A stretch of DNA of 64,000 nucleotides from Prevotella sp. (GCA_017541085.1 JAFXZU010000023.1:17030-81029); one strand, 5' to 3'. Shown: positions 28,391 through 38,682, counted from the first letter of the stretch. The notes: a model not told the origin generated them from the letters alone. Numbers and translations are program-made.

Positions 28391-30827
28391 TCTTGTTTAT
28401 TTTTATATTCTTTTTCTTTCCATTATATATTAATGTGACAGTATCACATGCTTCTTTACTACGTTTCTTTATAGTAAACTCTGTCACTACGCCACTCTGC
28501 CACTTCATGCTTATCTCAAAGCCACCCCTGACACACAAGCCGCTGACCTCACCGTCAGCCCACTCTTCCGGTAATGCAGGCAACAGGCTGACCACTGTCT
28601 TACCACGATGGTACTCAGACTGCACAAGCATCTCCGCCACACCAGCAGTGCCGCCGAAGTTACCATCTATCTGGAACGGAGAGTGCGCGTCAAGCAGGTT
28701 AGGGAACGTACCTCCTCCACGCCTTGCGTCCTTGCCTGTATAGTTCATTGGCGACACATACTTCAGCAACCTGTTATATATATGATAAGCTCCCTTTGCA
28801 TCACGCAAGCGTGCATAGAGATTAACGCGCCATCCGGTGCTCCACCCTGTAGTGTTATCTCCCTTTATCTCCAAAGTCCTTGCCGCTGCTTTCTCTGTTC
28901 CCATAGGGGTGTGTCCCGGGAAGATATGGAACAGATGTGTCTGGTGACGGTGCTGCGGGTCCTCATCATCCCAATCATGATACCACTCCAGCAATCCCCC
29001 CGTCTTGCTCACCTTATATGGCAACAGCCTTGGCAGGGTCCTGTCTATCTCTTTCACGAACTCTGTCTCTCCGCCCAATACTATCGCCGCCTCGCGCGCA
29101 TCTTGCAGACACTCGCGAATAAAAGCCATGTCAGCCGCTCCGCCATAGAACGCCGCACCCTTGAAACCGTCATTTGTAACATATCTATTCTCCGGCGACG
29201 TACACGGCATAGTCATCAACCAACCGTCTTTCTCCACCAACCAGCCAAGACAGAACTCCGCTGCTCCCTTCAATGCAGGGAAGGCACGGCGCAGGAAAGC
29301 CTTGTCAAGGGTAAACATATAGTGCTCCCATATATGGGTTGCGAGCCATGCTCCACCCATGTTCCACGTGGCCCACGAGGTGTTACCCACACCAAGTCCC
29401 ACAGGATTGGTCATAGCCCATATATCAGAGTTATGCCCCATGCACCATCCTCTCTCCACGCCATAGTAGTGACGCGCGGTCTCTGCACCGCTCATGGCAA
29501 GCTTGTCTATAAACTCCAGCAAGGACTGGTGCATCTCCGTAAGGTTACATGTCTCAGAGTGCCAGTAGTTCTCCTCCAGGTTTATGTTAGTGGTATAGTT
29601 ACAGCTCCATGGTGGAGTAATGTGCTCATTCCACAATCCCTGCAGATTTGCCGGCACCCCTTTCGTGCGCGAGCAACTGATAAGCAGGTATCTGCCATAC
29701 TGGAAATAGAGGGCCTCCAGTTCCGGATTTTTCTCTTTCAAGTCATAATAGCGAAGCAACTGACTGTCGGTTGTCAGACCGCGCACGCTGTCTGCCGTAT
29801 GTCCCAGAGAGAGGCTCACCCTGTTGAAGAACTGTTGGTAATCCGCACATTGCGTCTCACGTATATTCTCGTAAGCCTTTTCCCTGACAGCACAAGCACG
29901 CCTGCACGCCACCGCCTTATAGTCCACACCGTCAGTGGCAGGGTTATTCTGCATACCGTTAAAGCTTGTCACATTAACTATATACAGGGTAACCGATTTA
30001 CACCCCACGGCCTTTACCTGTCCGGCATCGCTGACCACAAGCCGTCCGCCGTCACATCTTGCCGTCAATATAGTCTGGAAACGCATACCGCGCTCAGGGT
30101 CATACAGTGTATGCACATCAACGCCGTTATAATATCCCGGTTCATCATGATAAGCCGCATAGCCCTGTGACGACAAGGTAGCAATAGAGGAAGACACCGC
30201 CTCCGCTGATGTCCGATGCGGCAGTTGGGAGTCAAGGGAGAACAGCGCCGTGATGCCCTCCGGGTCAGCAGTGCTGACGCGCACTACTATCACTGAGTCC
30301 GGGGCTGACGCTATATACTCCGTACTGCGCTTATACCCATTTACCATGTATGACGTACGGCATATTGCCGTACTGATATCCAGGCTACGCTGATAGCCGT
30401 TATACTTAGAGTTCACGGGGTCAAGGTATGTTATATGCAGGTCGCCCAGCGGCATATATGTCTCACTGTGCGGTCCCTCCACTGCACGATACACACGGTC
30501 TGCATCCTTGTAGTTCTCCTGCTGCAGCAGTTCACGGGTACGCTGCAGAGCCTCGGCACACTTCTCTGCCGCAGGGTGCTTACGTGCCGACGACATATTG
30601 CCCTCACCCGTCCACAACGTGATGTCATTCAATGACAAGCGGTCCTGACGCATGCCACCATACACCATAGCACCCTGAGTACCATTACCTATAGGCAAGG
30701 CCTCCTCAAAATACTCCGCCGGCCGGTCATAATGCAACGTCAAGGAATTATACTCATATCCTTTTGCCAGTGAGCACACAGCCACACAGCAATATACAGT
30801 CAGGAAAAACAATAACTTTCTAATCAT
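28359..30827 (-). CDS. Glycoside hydrolase family 95 (alpha-L-fucosidase/alpha-L-galactosidase-like)
   Basis: EEALPIGNG, FQYGRYLLISCSR, ANLQGLWN, YTTNINLEENYW, HRHQTHL, FQIDGNFG motifs; signal peptide. Confidence 0.95.
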   Translation of the reverse strand: MIRKLLFFLTVYCCVAVCSLAKGYEYNSLTLHYDRPAEYFEEALPIGNGTQGAMVYGGMRQDRLSLNDITLWTGEGNMSSARKHPAAEKCAEALQRTRELLQQENYKDADRVYRAVEGPHSETYMPLGDLHITYLDPVNSKYNGYQRSLDISTAICRTSYMVNGYKRSTEYIASAPDSVIVVRVSTADPEGITALFSLDSQLPHRTSAEAVSSSIATLSSQGYAAYHDEPGYYNGVDVHTLYDPERGMRFQTILTARCDGGRLVVSDAGQVKAVGCKSVTLYIVNVTSFNGMQNNPATDGVDYKAVACRRACAVREKAYENIRETQCADYQQFFNRVSLSLGHTADSVRGLTTDSQLLRYYDLKEKNPELEALYFQYGRYLLISCSRTKGVPANLQGLWNEHITPPWSCNYTTNINLEENYWHSETCNLTEMHQSLLEFIDKLAMSGAETARHYYGVERGWCMGHNSDIWAMTNPVGLGVGNTSWATWNMGGAWLATHIWEHYMFTLDKAFLRRAFPALKGAAEFCLGWLVEKDGWLMTMPCTSPENRYVTNDGFKGAAFYGGAADMAFIRECLQDAREAAIVLGGETEFVKEIDRTLPRLLPYKVSKTGGLLEWYHDWDDEDPQHRHQTHLFHIFPGHTPMGTEKAAARTLEIKGDNTTGWSTGWRVNLYARLRDAKGAYHIYNRLLKYVSPMNYTGKDARRGGGTFPNLLDAHSPFQIDGNFGGTAGVAEMLVQSEYHRGKTVVSLLPALPEEWADGEVSGLCVRGGFEISMKWQSGVVTEFTIKKRSKEACDTVTLIYNGKKKNIKINKNGIYSFSTKV

Positions 30828-30960
30828 TCCACAGTAGATAATTTATCACACTGCAAATTTACAAAAAGTAACGTAAATTGCCAAAGTTTTTATTAATAAA
30901 GTCTTGGCGTTCTTCTTTCTTTTTAATAACTTTGCACTCTGAAAAAAACATAATAATACA

Positions 30961-31938
30961 ATGTATAATACTCTTCTGAAAATAAGCCGGTGGCTCTCCA
31001 CCTACACTTCCTGGTTCATAATCGCCATAGCGATTGTCACATATCTCGTGCCAAGCCTCTTCACATGGGTACACGGCACCACCTCGTCATGCATCCTCGG
31101 CTTTATCATGCTCACCATGGGACTGACGCTCACCATGCAGGACATGCGTGTGCTGGCTGCACGTCCTTGGGACATTCTCATTGGCACCTGCGCCCAGTTC
31201 TCGCTCATGCCCCTCATAGCATGGACACTGACTGTCGGTGTGGGCTATATAGGCATCACAGTGCCGAAACCTGTCATCGTGGGCATCATACTCGTGGGCT
31301 GCTGCCCTGGCGGCGTGTCAAGTAACATCATGTCATTCCTCTGCCGCGGCGACGTGGCCTTCTCCGTGGGTATGACCACCGCCTCCACCCTGCTGGCGCC
31401 GATAATGACGCCATTGCTGGTATTGTGGCTGGCAGGCGAACAGGTAGAGGTTGATGCCCTCGGCATGTTCCTCAACATTCTCATCGTCACTCTTCTGCCT
31501 GTCACACTGGGCTTCCTCGCCAACCTCTTCTGGGGCAAGGATGAGTCTTTCAAAAAGGCGCAGGCAGTGATGCCTGCCTTCAGTGTGCTCGGTCTGGCTT
31601 GCATCGTTGGCGGAGTAATCGCCGGTGTGCATGACAAGCTGCTGTCTGAGGGCATTGGATTCTTCCTTACGGTCTTCGCCGTAGTGCTGTGCCACAACTC
31701 CCTGGGCTATCTCACCGGCTACTGCGTAGGCAAGATGTTCCGTTTCTCCAAGGCCAAGAACCGCACCATATCCATAGAGGTAGGTATGCAGAACGCTGGT
31801 CTTGCAACGGTTCTTGCATCCAACTTCTTCGCCATCACCTGTCCGCTGGCCGTCATTCCTGCAGCAGTAAGCTGTGCATGGCACTCCATATCGGGTACCA
31901 TCCTTGCTTCATGGTTCCGCAGTCGCGATGAAAAGTAA
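30961..31938 (+). CDS. Bile acid:sodium symporter family transporter
   Basis: MLTMGLTL, GCCPGGVSSN, SIEVGMQNAGLA motifs. Confidence 0.92.
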   Translation: MYNTLLKISRWLSTYTSWFIIAIAIVTYLVPSLFTWVHGTTSSCILGFIMLTMGLTLTMQDMRVLAARPWDILIGTCAQFSLMPLIAWTLTVGVGYIGITVPKPVIVGIILVGCCPGGVSSNIMSFLCRGDVAFSVGMTTASTLLAPIMTPLLVLWLAGEQVEVDALGMFLNILIVTLLPVTLGFLANLFWGKDESFKKAQAVMPAFSVLGLACIVGGVIAGVHDKLLSEGIGFFLTVFAVVLCHNSLGYLTGYCVGKMFRFSKAKNRTISIEVGMQNAGLATVLASNFFAITCPLAVIPAAVSCAWHSISGTILASWFRSRDEK

Positions 31939-31984
31939 AAGAGTTTGCTTACACTTTAATTTTCCAACCCCATAGACACCTAAA

Positions 31985-32029
31985 AAAGTGCCGTCAGAAA
32001 CTCTATTTTGAGTTCTCTGGCGGCACTTC
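31985..32029. terminator. Probable bidirectional terminator
   Basis: AAGTGCCGTCAGA...TCTGGCGGCACTT stem between convergent genes. Confidence 0.75.
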
Positions 32030-32083
32030 TCATTTTGACACTTTGCGAACTAAAACACGCTCAATTCTATCAGATTGTCAGAA

Positions 32084-32428
32084 TCAAATAGGTTCGCAAT
32101 CCTCAATAATTGGTATTAACTCTATCAGTTTCTTTCCGTCAATCTCAAATTTCTCAAGAACATCATTACCATCTTTGAAACGGCGGATTTCCGTGGAAAA
32201 CGTCTTGTCACATTGCGCTGCATAATCCTCTTCAGAAAGGAAATAATACTCTACACCATTGTAACTGAAACGTAAATCATATCTCTGGACTGCAAAATCG
32301 TAGTAGAAAGTTTCTTCTGAATTATTGCTGTATCCATGATACAGCCCCCCGTTTCTGTCGTAGTTTGGCGGATATTTCGAGTTAAACGGGTACCCAGCCA
32401 AATTTTCTTTTATATAATCGTATGCCAT
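32084..32428 (-). CDS. Small acidic hypothetical protein (immunity-protein-like)
   Basis: 114 aa, AT-rich coding, rich in aromatic and acidic residues; ends FKDGNDVLEKFEIDGKKLIEL. Confidence 0.6.
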   Translation of the reverse strand: MAYDYIKENLAGYPFNSKYPPNYDRNGGLYHGYSNNSEETFYYDFAVQRYDLRFSYNGVEYYFLSEEDYAAQCDKTFSTEIRRFKDGNDVLEKFEIDGKKLIELIPIIEDCEPI

Positions 32429-32538
32429 ATTTACCTTAAAGTTTCATTTAACAGTTGTTCTTAGCTCTTATTCCTAATATAAATCATATTCACCAATTCT
32501 CTCTCCGAAAATAATGATGACTGATAAGTGCTCATATT

Positions 32539-32952
32539 TTAGTCGATTTCTGCTATGAAAGAGCGTTCTAATACCTCGCCTATAGATTTTCCTCCTATTT
32601 TAAGAGTGTTCCACAGGTCTGTATCATCATCAAATTCATACAGCACTTCACCTTCATGATGATTCTCCCATTCTATCTGCCTACCTATGTATTTCCCGTC
32701 CCATTCCTTAAGTTTGGGAATACGCCAAAACTTATGCGGCTCAGATTCCATAAACAGTTCATAGAAGTTTCCATCGTCCACATAGTAGAACATGATAGAA
32801 AAGAAATTCTGCACGAAATAATTAAATATCTCTTTTGGATCCTCTGACATTGCATCACGGATACAATCTTCACTCCAGCCCAGGTCGCAGGTTGTGATAA
32901 CCGGATAATATTCCATCCAGTTATCTATAATTATTTTTCCTTCTTTGTCCAT
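32539..32952 (-). CDS. Small acidic hypothetical protein (immunity-protein-like)
   Basis: 137 aa, AT-rich coding; ends FDDDTDLWNTLKIGGKSIGEV. Confidence 0.6.
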   Translation of the reverse strand: MDKEGKIIIDNWMEYYPVITTCDLGWSEDCIRDAMSEDPKEIFNYFVQNFFSIMFYYVDDGNFYELFMESEPHKFWRIPKLKEWDGKYIGRQIEWENHHEGEVLYEFDDDTDLWNTLKIGGKSIGEVLERSFIAEID

Positions 32953-33064
32953 TTTTCTAACTTTACATGAATCGACCTATAGTTCATTTTATGTTAGCTT
33001 AGCGCTACAAGAAACATTGAATCTTGTTTCATCAATAGAACACTAAACGCACTCCGAGCACCTT

Positions 33065-33928
33065 CTATATTCTGTCAAGCACGGTAGTTATCAGTGTCTC
33101 CATGGAGTTTTTGTAATTGGTGTTCATCTCCTTGTTGTAACGGTTGGCTATAACCATACAACAGGTCATGGCTCTGTGTCCCAGCATGGATGCCATTCCT
33201 GCAACCGCCGACGACTCCATCTCATAGTTACATATCGCCATACCGTCATACCTGAAGCTCTCCACCTTCTGGTTCTGTTCCTCATCCTGCGTGCGCAGCC
33301 TTACCTGTCGTCCTTGCGGACCATAGAAGCCGCCGCAAGCCACCGTTATACCGCGCACCATGTCGTCAGCAGCTATCTGGCGCACCAGTCCCTCATCAGC
33401 ACATGCTACATAAGGAGCGCCTTTCTTTTCATACCAATGCATGTGGTTCACGAAGGCCTTCTCTAACTCCAGGTCACACACCTTGTCACGGTCTGCATAA
33501 TAGTTTAGCAGGCCGTCAAAACCGATGCTGCGTACTGACGCGACGAAAGTGCCTATGGGGGTAAAAGGCTGCAAGCCGCCACAGGTGCCAACACGCACAA
33601 GTGTCAGCTGTCGGTGCTCATCACGCACCTCACGCCTGTCGAGGTCAATGTTTGCCAGGGCGTCAAGCTCTGTCATCACGATGTCTATGTTATCACACCC
33701 TATACCTGTTGACACACATGATATGCGCTTGCCTTTGTATATACCGGTGATGGTATGAAACTCCCTTGACTGCACCTCCGTCTCTCTCTTTTCAAAGAAT
33801 TTTGCCACGGTAGTCACTCTGTCTTGGTCTCCGACAAGAATTATGCGGTCAGCCAACTGTTCCGGACGCAGATGCAGGTGAAACACACTGCCGTCACTGT
33901 TAATAGGTAATTCTGAAGCTGGTATCAT
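33065..33928 (-). CDS. Nucleoside phosphorylase (uridine phosphorylase family)
   Basis: SELPINSDGSVFHLHL, STGIGCDN, RVGTCG, GFYGPQGR, NYEMESS motifs. Start placed at MIPASEL. Confidence 0.9.
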   Translation of the reverse strand: MIPASELPINSDGSVFHLHLRPEQLADRIILVGDQDRVTTVAKFFEKRETEVQSREFHTITGIYKGKRISCVSTGIGCDNIDIVMTELDALANIDLDRREVRDEHRQLTLVRVGTCGGLQPFTPIGTFVASVRSIGFDGLLNYYADRDKVCDLELEKAFVNHMHWYEKKGAPYVACADEGLVRQIAADDMVRGITVACGGFYGPQGRQVRLRTQDEEQNQKVESFRYDGMAICNYEMESSAVAGMASMLGHRAMTCCMVIANRYNKEMNTNYKNSMETLITTVLDRI

Positions 33929-34244
33929 ATTATTAGTTTTTTTAGGTTCTATATGCAAATGTAATAATTTTATTTTTCTCCCCCAAGTTTTTTCCGTTCT
34001 TTTATTTCCGGCTACAATTCCCGAGTACATTATACACCCCCTAAAACTTACCTGTTCTGACTATGCCATTTTTGCACTTTTCAGAAAACTCACGTCTAAG
34101 CGCCGATAACGCTGTCGATGGGCGCAAGTGCCACAGAGGGGGTACACCGGCGCAAAGGGTACTTAAAACGAGAAATACAGAAAATGGCTTTATTCTGAAA
34201 TTTCAAAAAAGGCTCTTTTTCCTCGTTTTTATATACTCCACACT

Positions 34245-34332
34245 GTAAAAGCATAGCTTTCACAACATGAAAGCATAGCTTTTACATGGTAAAACGGCAA
34301 CTTTCACCAGGTAAAAGCTATGCTTTTTCATT
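34245..34332 (+). repeat. Tandem array of four degenerate 22-bp units
   Basis: GTAAAAGCATAGCTTTCACAAC / ATGAAAGCATAGCTTTTACATG / GTAAAACGGCAACTTTCACCAG / GTAAAAGCTATGCTTTTTCATT. Confidence 0.88.
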
Positions 34333-34676
34333 GTTTTTCACCGTCTTTTAGCTCGAAAAAACACCTTTTTGATTATTTTTTAAGAAAACTTTACATTTCA
34401 CGGTATATGTCAGTTTGGCAGTACGCATGGTCATTCACGACTTCTTCAATGCGTATATATTACCACAATAACCTAAAATATCACTCCCGTTTTACAAGTC
34501 ACTTAAAATGCACATCCATGCCCTCTTATTGCACAATCACCCATGGTCTGCGCAATTTTAACTTTTATTAATTCTATATATCCGATTAATTTATTAATTT
34601 TGCCTTCTGTTGACTAAACTAAGCATATTAATAGAAAACAAAAACTAACAAATCAATTTTATAAAAGACACAATTT

Positions 34677-35558
34677 ATGAGTTTGAAGATTGTAGTGCTT
34701 GCAAAGCAAGTGCCTGACACTCACAACGTGGGTCCTGACGCCATGACGGCTGAGGGCACCATTAACCGTTCGGCTCTGCCTGCGGTGTTTAATCCTGAAG
34801 ACCTCAACGCCTTGGAGCAGGCGCTGATACTGAAAGACAAGTTCCCGGGCTCCACCATCTCTGTAGTTACCATGGGACTGCCTAAGTCTGCCGAGGTAAT
34901 ACGCGAGGCGCTCTATCGTGGCGCAGATGAGGGATACGTAGTTACTGACCGTCCGCTGGGTGGAGCCGATACGCTGGCTACATCATACACCCTGGCACAG
35001 GCTATCAAGAAGATAGGAGACTTTGACATCATACTCGGTGGCCGCCAGGCTATCGATGGTGACACCGCGCAGGTGGGTCCGCAGATTGCCGAGAAACTGG
35101 GACTGACACAGGTTACATACGCTGAGGAGATTATATCTCTTGACGAGAAGGCAAGGAAGATTGTCATCAAGCGCCACATAGACGGCGGTGTGGAGACCGT
35201 AGAGGCTCCGCTGCCATTGGTGGTGACGGTGAACGGCAGTGCCGCTCCTTGTCGTCCACGCAACGCTAAGCGCGTGATGAAATACAAGAATGCCACAGTG
35301 GTTGCAGAGCGCGCACCTGAACAGGCTGAGTGCTACAATGCACTGATAGCCAAGAAGCCTTACCTGAACATCACACAGTGGGGTGCCGCCAACATTGACT
35401 GCGACCTTAAGCAGATAGGCAAGGCGGGTTCTCCTACCAACGTGAAGGCAGTGAAGAACATCGTGTTCAAGGCTAAGGAGTCACGCACAATGACCGGCTC
35501 TGACGAGGATATCAATAACCTCATGGTAGAACTTATTAACGAGAAGATTATAGGTTAA
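34677..35558 (+). CDS. etfB: Electron transfer flavoprotein beta subunit
   Basis: KQVPDT, NPEDLNALE, DTLATS, GRQAIDGDTAQVG motifs. Confidence 0.95.
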   Translation: MSLKIVVLAKQVPDTHNVGPDAMTAEGTINRSALPAVFNPEDLNALEQALILKDKFPGSTISVVTMGLPKSAEVIREALYRGADEGYVVTDRPLGGADTLATSYTLAQAIKKIGDFDIILGGRQAIDGDTAQVGPQIAEKLGLTQVTYAEEIISLDEKARKIVIKRHIDGGVETVEAPLPLVVTVNGSAAPCRPRNAKRVMKYKNATVVAERAPEQAECYNALIAKKPYLNITQWGAANIDCDLKQIGKAGSPTNVKAVKNIVFKAKESRTMTGSDEDINNLMVELINEKIIG

Positions 35559-35619
35559 GACCCCACCCCTTACCCTCCCAAGGGAGGGAGTCTCCCCTTG
35601 GGGAGATTGAGAGGGGGTC
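35559..35619. repeat. GC-rich REP-like element, copy 3 (compact)
   Basis: GACCCCACCCCTTACCCTCCCAAGGGAGGG-AG-TCTCCCCTTGGGGAGATTGAGAGGGGGTC, immediately after the etfB TAA. Confidence 0.85.
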
Positions 35620-35637
35620 GATAATTATATTAGAATA

Positions 35638-36678
35638 ATGAATAACGTATTTGTATATTGCGAAATAGAGGGCACACAGGTAAAGGATGTAGCCCTTGAA
35701 CTCCTTACAAAAGGCCGCAAGTTAGCTAACACCCTCGGCGTACAGCTGGAGTGTATCATTGCCGGCTCAGGCCTTGACGGTGTAGAGAAGCAGGTTATTA
35801 AATATGGTGTTGACAAAGTACACATATTTGACGCAGAGGGATTGTTCCCTTACACTTCAAACCCACATACCGCTCTGGTGGTAAACCTCTTCAAGGAGGA
35901 GAAACCTCAGATTTGCCTCATGGGCGCTACCGTGATAGGTCGCGACCTCGGTCCACGCGTGTCTTCTGCTCTCTTCAGCGGACTGACGGCCGACTGTACC
36001 GAACTGGAAATCGATGACTTCGACATGAAGGTGAAGAACGAGGCCGGCGAACTTGTAACGAAGCATTATGACAACCAGCTGATGCAGATCCGCCCTGCCT
36101 TCGGCGGCAACATCGTGGCTACCATCGTGAACCCTGAGCACCGCCCACAGATGGCTACAGTGCGTGAGGGCGTGATGAAGAAAGAGGTGCTTGACGAGAA
36201 CTACAAGGCTGAGGTGGTACGTCACGACGTGGCTAAGTATGTGCCACAGACTGAATATGTAGTGAAGGTGCTTGACCGCCACGTGGAGCAGGCTAAGCAC
36301 AACCTCAAGGGCGCTCCTATTGTCGTTGCAGGCGGCTACGGCGTAGGCAGCAAGGAAGGTTTTGACAAGCTCTTTGAACTTGCCAAGGAACTGCATGCGG
36401 AGGTAGGCGCAAGCCGTGCCGCAGTTGATGCCGGCTGGATAGACCACGACCGTCAGATTGGTCAGACGGGTGTGACAGTGCGTCCGAAGGTGTATATCGC
36501 CTGCGGTATCTCCGGACAGATTCAGCACATTGCAGGTATGCAGGATGCCGGCATCATCATATCAGTGAACAGCGACCCTGATGCTCCTATCAACACCATT
36601 GCCGACTATGTCATCAACGGCACCGTTGAAGAGGTAATACCTAAGATGATTAAGTATTATAAGAGTAATAACAAATAA
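35638..36678 (+). CDS. etfA: Electron transfer flavoprotein alpha subunit
   Basis: GLTADCT, RPAFGGN, GASRAAVDAGW, QIGQTG, GISGQIQH motifs. Confidence 0.95.
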   Translation: MNNVFVYCEIEGTQVKDVALELLTKGRKLANTLGVQLECIIAGSGLDGVEKQVIKYGVDKVHIFDAEGLFPYTSNPHTALVVNLFKEEKPQICLMGATVIGRDLGPRVSSALFSGLTADCTELEIDDFDMKVKNEAGELVTKHYDNQLMQIRPAFGGNIVATIVNPEHRPQMATVREGVMKKEVLDENYKAEVVRHDVAKYVPQTEYVVKVLDRHVEQAKHNLKGAPIVVAGGYGVGSKEGFDKLFELAKELHAEVGASRAAVDAGWIDHDRQIGQTGVTVRPKVYIACGISGQIQHIAGMQDAGIIISVNSDPDAPINTIADYVINGTVEEVIPKMIKYYKSNNK

Positions 36679-36800
36679 GACCCCTACCCCTGCCCCTCCC
36701 CGAGGGGAGGGATAGATATGTAAAACTATAAAAACAATCCCACAATCATATCCCCACCTCTCCCCACGGGGAGAGATGCCCGCAGGGCAAAGAGGGGGTC
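36679..36800. repeat. GC-rich REP-like element, copy 4
   Basis: GACCCCTACCCCTGCCCCTCCCCGAGGGGAGGG ... TCTCCCCACGGGGAGA...AGAGGGGGTC, immediately after the etfA TAA. Confidence 0.85.
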
Positions 36801-36814
36801 GTGGATTTATAATC

Positions 36815-38569
36815 ATGGCTAATTTCTATACAGATAATCCTGAGATAAAATATTTTCTCAGTCATCCACTGCTCAAGAGAATAGTGGAGCTGCGTGAGCG
36901 TAACTATGCCGACGCAGATAAGTATGACTACGCACCAGCTAACTTTGAGGATGCCATCGACAGCTATGAGCGCGTGATGGAACTCGCTGGCGATGTGTGC
37001 GCCAATATCATTGCACCTAACGCTGAGAGCGTTGACGCAGAGGGACCTCGCTGTGAGAACGGTCGTATGATTTACGCATCAAAGACCTACGAGAACCTCG
37101 ACGCTACGGTAAAGGCCGGACTTAACGGCGTTACCATGCCACGCAGGTACGGCGGTCTCAACTTCCCTATGGCTATATACTCTGCCATCAACGAGATGAT
37201 TGCCGCTGCCGACACTGGCTTTGAGAACATCTGGTCACTGCAAGACTGTATCGAGACACTCTATGAGTTTGGCGATGAGGACCAGCGCAAGCGCTTCGTG
37301 CCACGCGTATGCAACGGCGAGACCATGTCTATGGACCTTACTGAGCCTGACGCCGGTTCTGACCTGCAGTCGGTTATGCTCAAGGCTACCTTCGATGAGG
37401 CCAACAACTGCTGGCGACTGAACGGCTGTAAGCGTTTCATCACCAACGGTGACTCTGACATACACCTCGTACTGGCACGCTCTGAGGAGGGTACACATGA
37501 CGGTCGCGGACTGTCTATGTTCATCTACGACAAGCGCGACGGCGGCGTTGACGTGCGCCGTATTGAGAACAAGCTCGGTATTCACGGTTCTCCTACCTGT
37601 GAGCTGGTATATAAGAACGCAAAGGCTGAACTGTGTGGTTCTCGCAAACTCGGACTCATCAAGTACGTCATGGGACTGATGAACGGTGCCCGTCTCGGCA
37701 TCGCCGGACAGTCAACAGGTACTTCACAGATGGCATACAACGAGGCTCTGGCATACGCCAAGGACCGTAAGCAGTTCGGCAAGGCTATCATCAACTTCCC
37801 TGCAGTATATGACATGCTTGCAATCATGAAGGCACGTCTTGACGCTGGTCGTACACTCTACTACACCACTGCACGCTACGTTGACGTATATAAGACCCTT
37901 GAGGACATTGAGCGCGAGCGCAAGGAACAGGGTGAGAAGCTGACTGCAGAGGAGCGCGCAGAGTGCAAGACTTACTCTAAGCTTGCCGATGCCTTCACTC
38001 CTATCGCAAAGGGTATGACATCTGAGTATGCCAACCTTAACGCATACGACGGCATACAGATTCATGGTGGTTCAGGCTTCATGCTGGAGTATGCCTGCCA
38101 GCGTCTGTATCGTGACGCTCGTATCCTTACCATCTACGAGGGTACCACTCAGCTGCAGACTGTTGCCGCTGGTCGTTACATCACAAACGGCTTCTACGGT
38201 CAGGTCATCGCTGATATGCTCGAGAGCGGTCAGGCACCTAAGGAGGCTGGCAGTGCCGACTGGTGTGCTGCAGAGTTCCAGCCATTGAAGGAGCGTGTGG
38301 CAAAGATGGCAGAGAAGTACAACGAGGCTGTGGCTTACGTCAACGAGAAGAAGGACGACGAGTTCAAGGACTTCGCCATCCGTCACCTCTACGAGATGGC
38401 AGGCGACTGTATCATGGCTCTCCTGCTCATCGGCGACGCCTCAAAGGCTCCTGAGCTCTTTGCCAAGTCAGCACGTGTCTATACACGCTACGTTGCAGCA
38501 GAGGTGGAGAAGCACTATGACTTCGTAATGTCTGCAACCGCCGAGGACCTTGCTGACTATCGCAAGTAA
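36815..38569 (+). CDS. Acyl-CoA dehydrogenase family protein
   Basis: MDLTEPDAGSD, GCKRFITNG, KLGIHGSPT, RKQFG, QIHGGSG, IYEGTTQLQ motifs. Start placed at MANFY, because the ORF-track start lies inside the REP element. Confidence 0.93.
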   Translation: MANFYTDNPEIKYFLSHPLLKRIVELRERNYADADKYDYAPANFEDAIDSYERVMELAGDVCANIIAPNAESVDAEGPRCENGRMIYASKTYENLDATVKAGLNGVTMPRRYGGLNFPMAIYSAINEMIAAADTGFENIWSLQDCIETLYEFGDEDQRKRFVPRVCNGETMSMDLTEPDAGSDLQSVMLKATFDEANNCWRLNGCKRFITNGDSDIHLVLARSEEGTHDGRGLSMFIYDKRDGGVDVRRIENKLGIHGSPTCELVYKNAKAELCGSRKLGLIKYVMGLMNGARLGIAGQSTGTSQMAYNEALAYAKDRKQFGKAIINFPAVYDMLAIMKARLDAGRTLYYTTARYVDVYKTLEDIERERKEQGEKLTAEERAECKTYSKLADAFTPIAKGMTSEYANLNAYDGIQIHGGSGFMLEYACQRLYRDARILTIYEGTTQLQTVAAGRYITNGFYGQVIADMLESGQAPKEAGSADWCAAEFQPLKERVAKMAEKYNEAVAYVNEKKDDEFKDFAIRHLYEMAGDCIMALLLIGDASKAPELFAKSARVYTRYVAAEVEKHYDFVMSATAEDLADYRK

Positions 38570-38637
38570 TTTCGGAAGGAAGTAGAAAAGATTAAGATAT
38601 AAGGTTTATTACAATAAAATCCTTAATCCACAACACA

Positions 38638-38682
38638 AATGAGTCCCATGTATCATTATGACACATGGGACTCATTGTTTTT
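38638..38682 (+). terminator. Terminator of the etfBA-dehydrogenase operon
   Basis: AATGAGTCCCATGT...ACATGGGACTCATT followed by GTTTTT. Confidence 0.8.

Noticed and set aside
28608-30170. 520-aa plus-strand ORF
   Set aside because: It is entirely antisense to the well-supported GH95 gene and has no recognisable motifs, so it is a shadow ORF. The same applies to the many other antisense or alternate-frame ORFs in the track.
36776-36814. N-terminal extension of the acyl-CoA dehydrogenase
   Set aside because: The upstream ATG lies inside the REP-like element; the family-typical start is MANFY at 36815.
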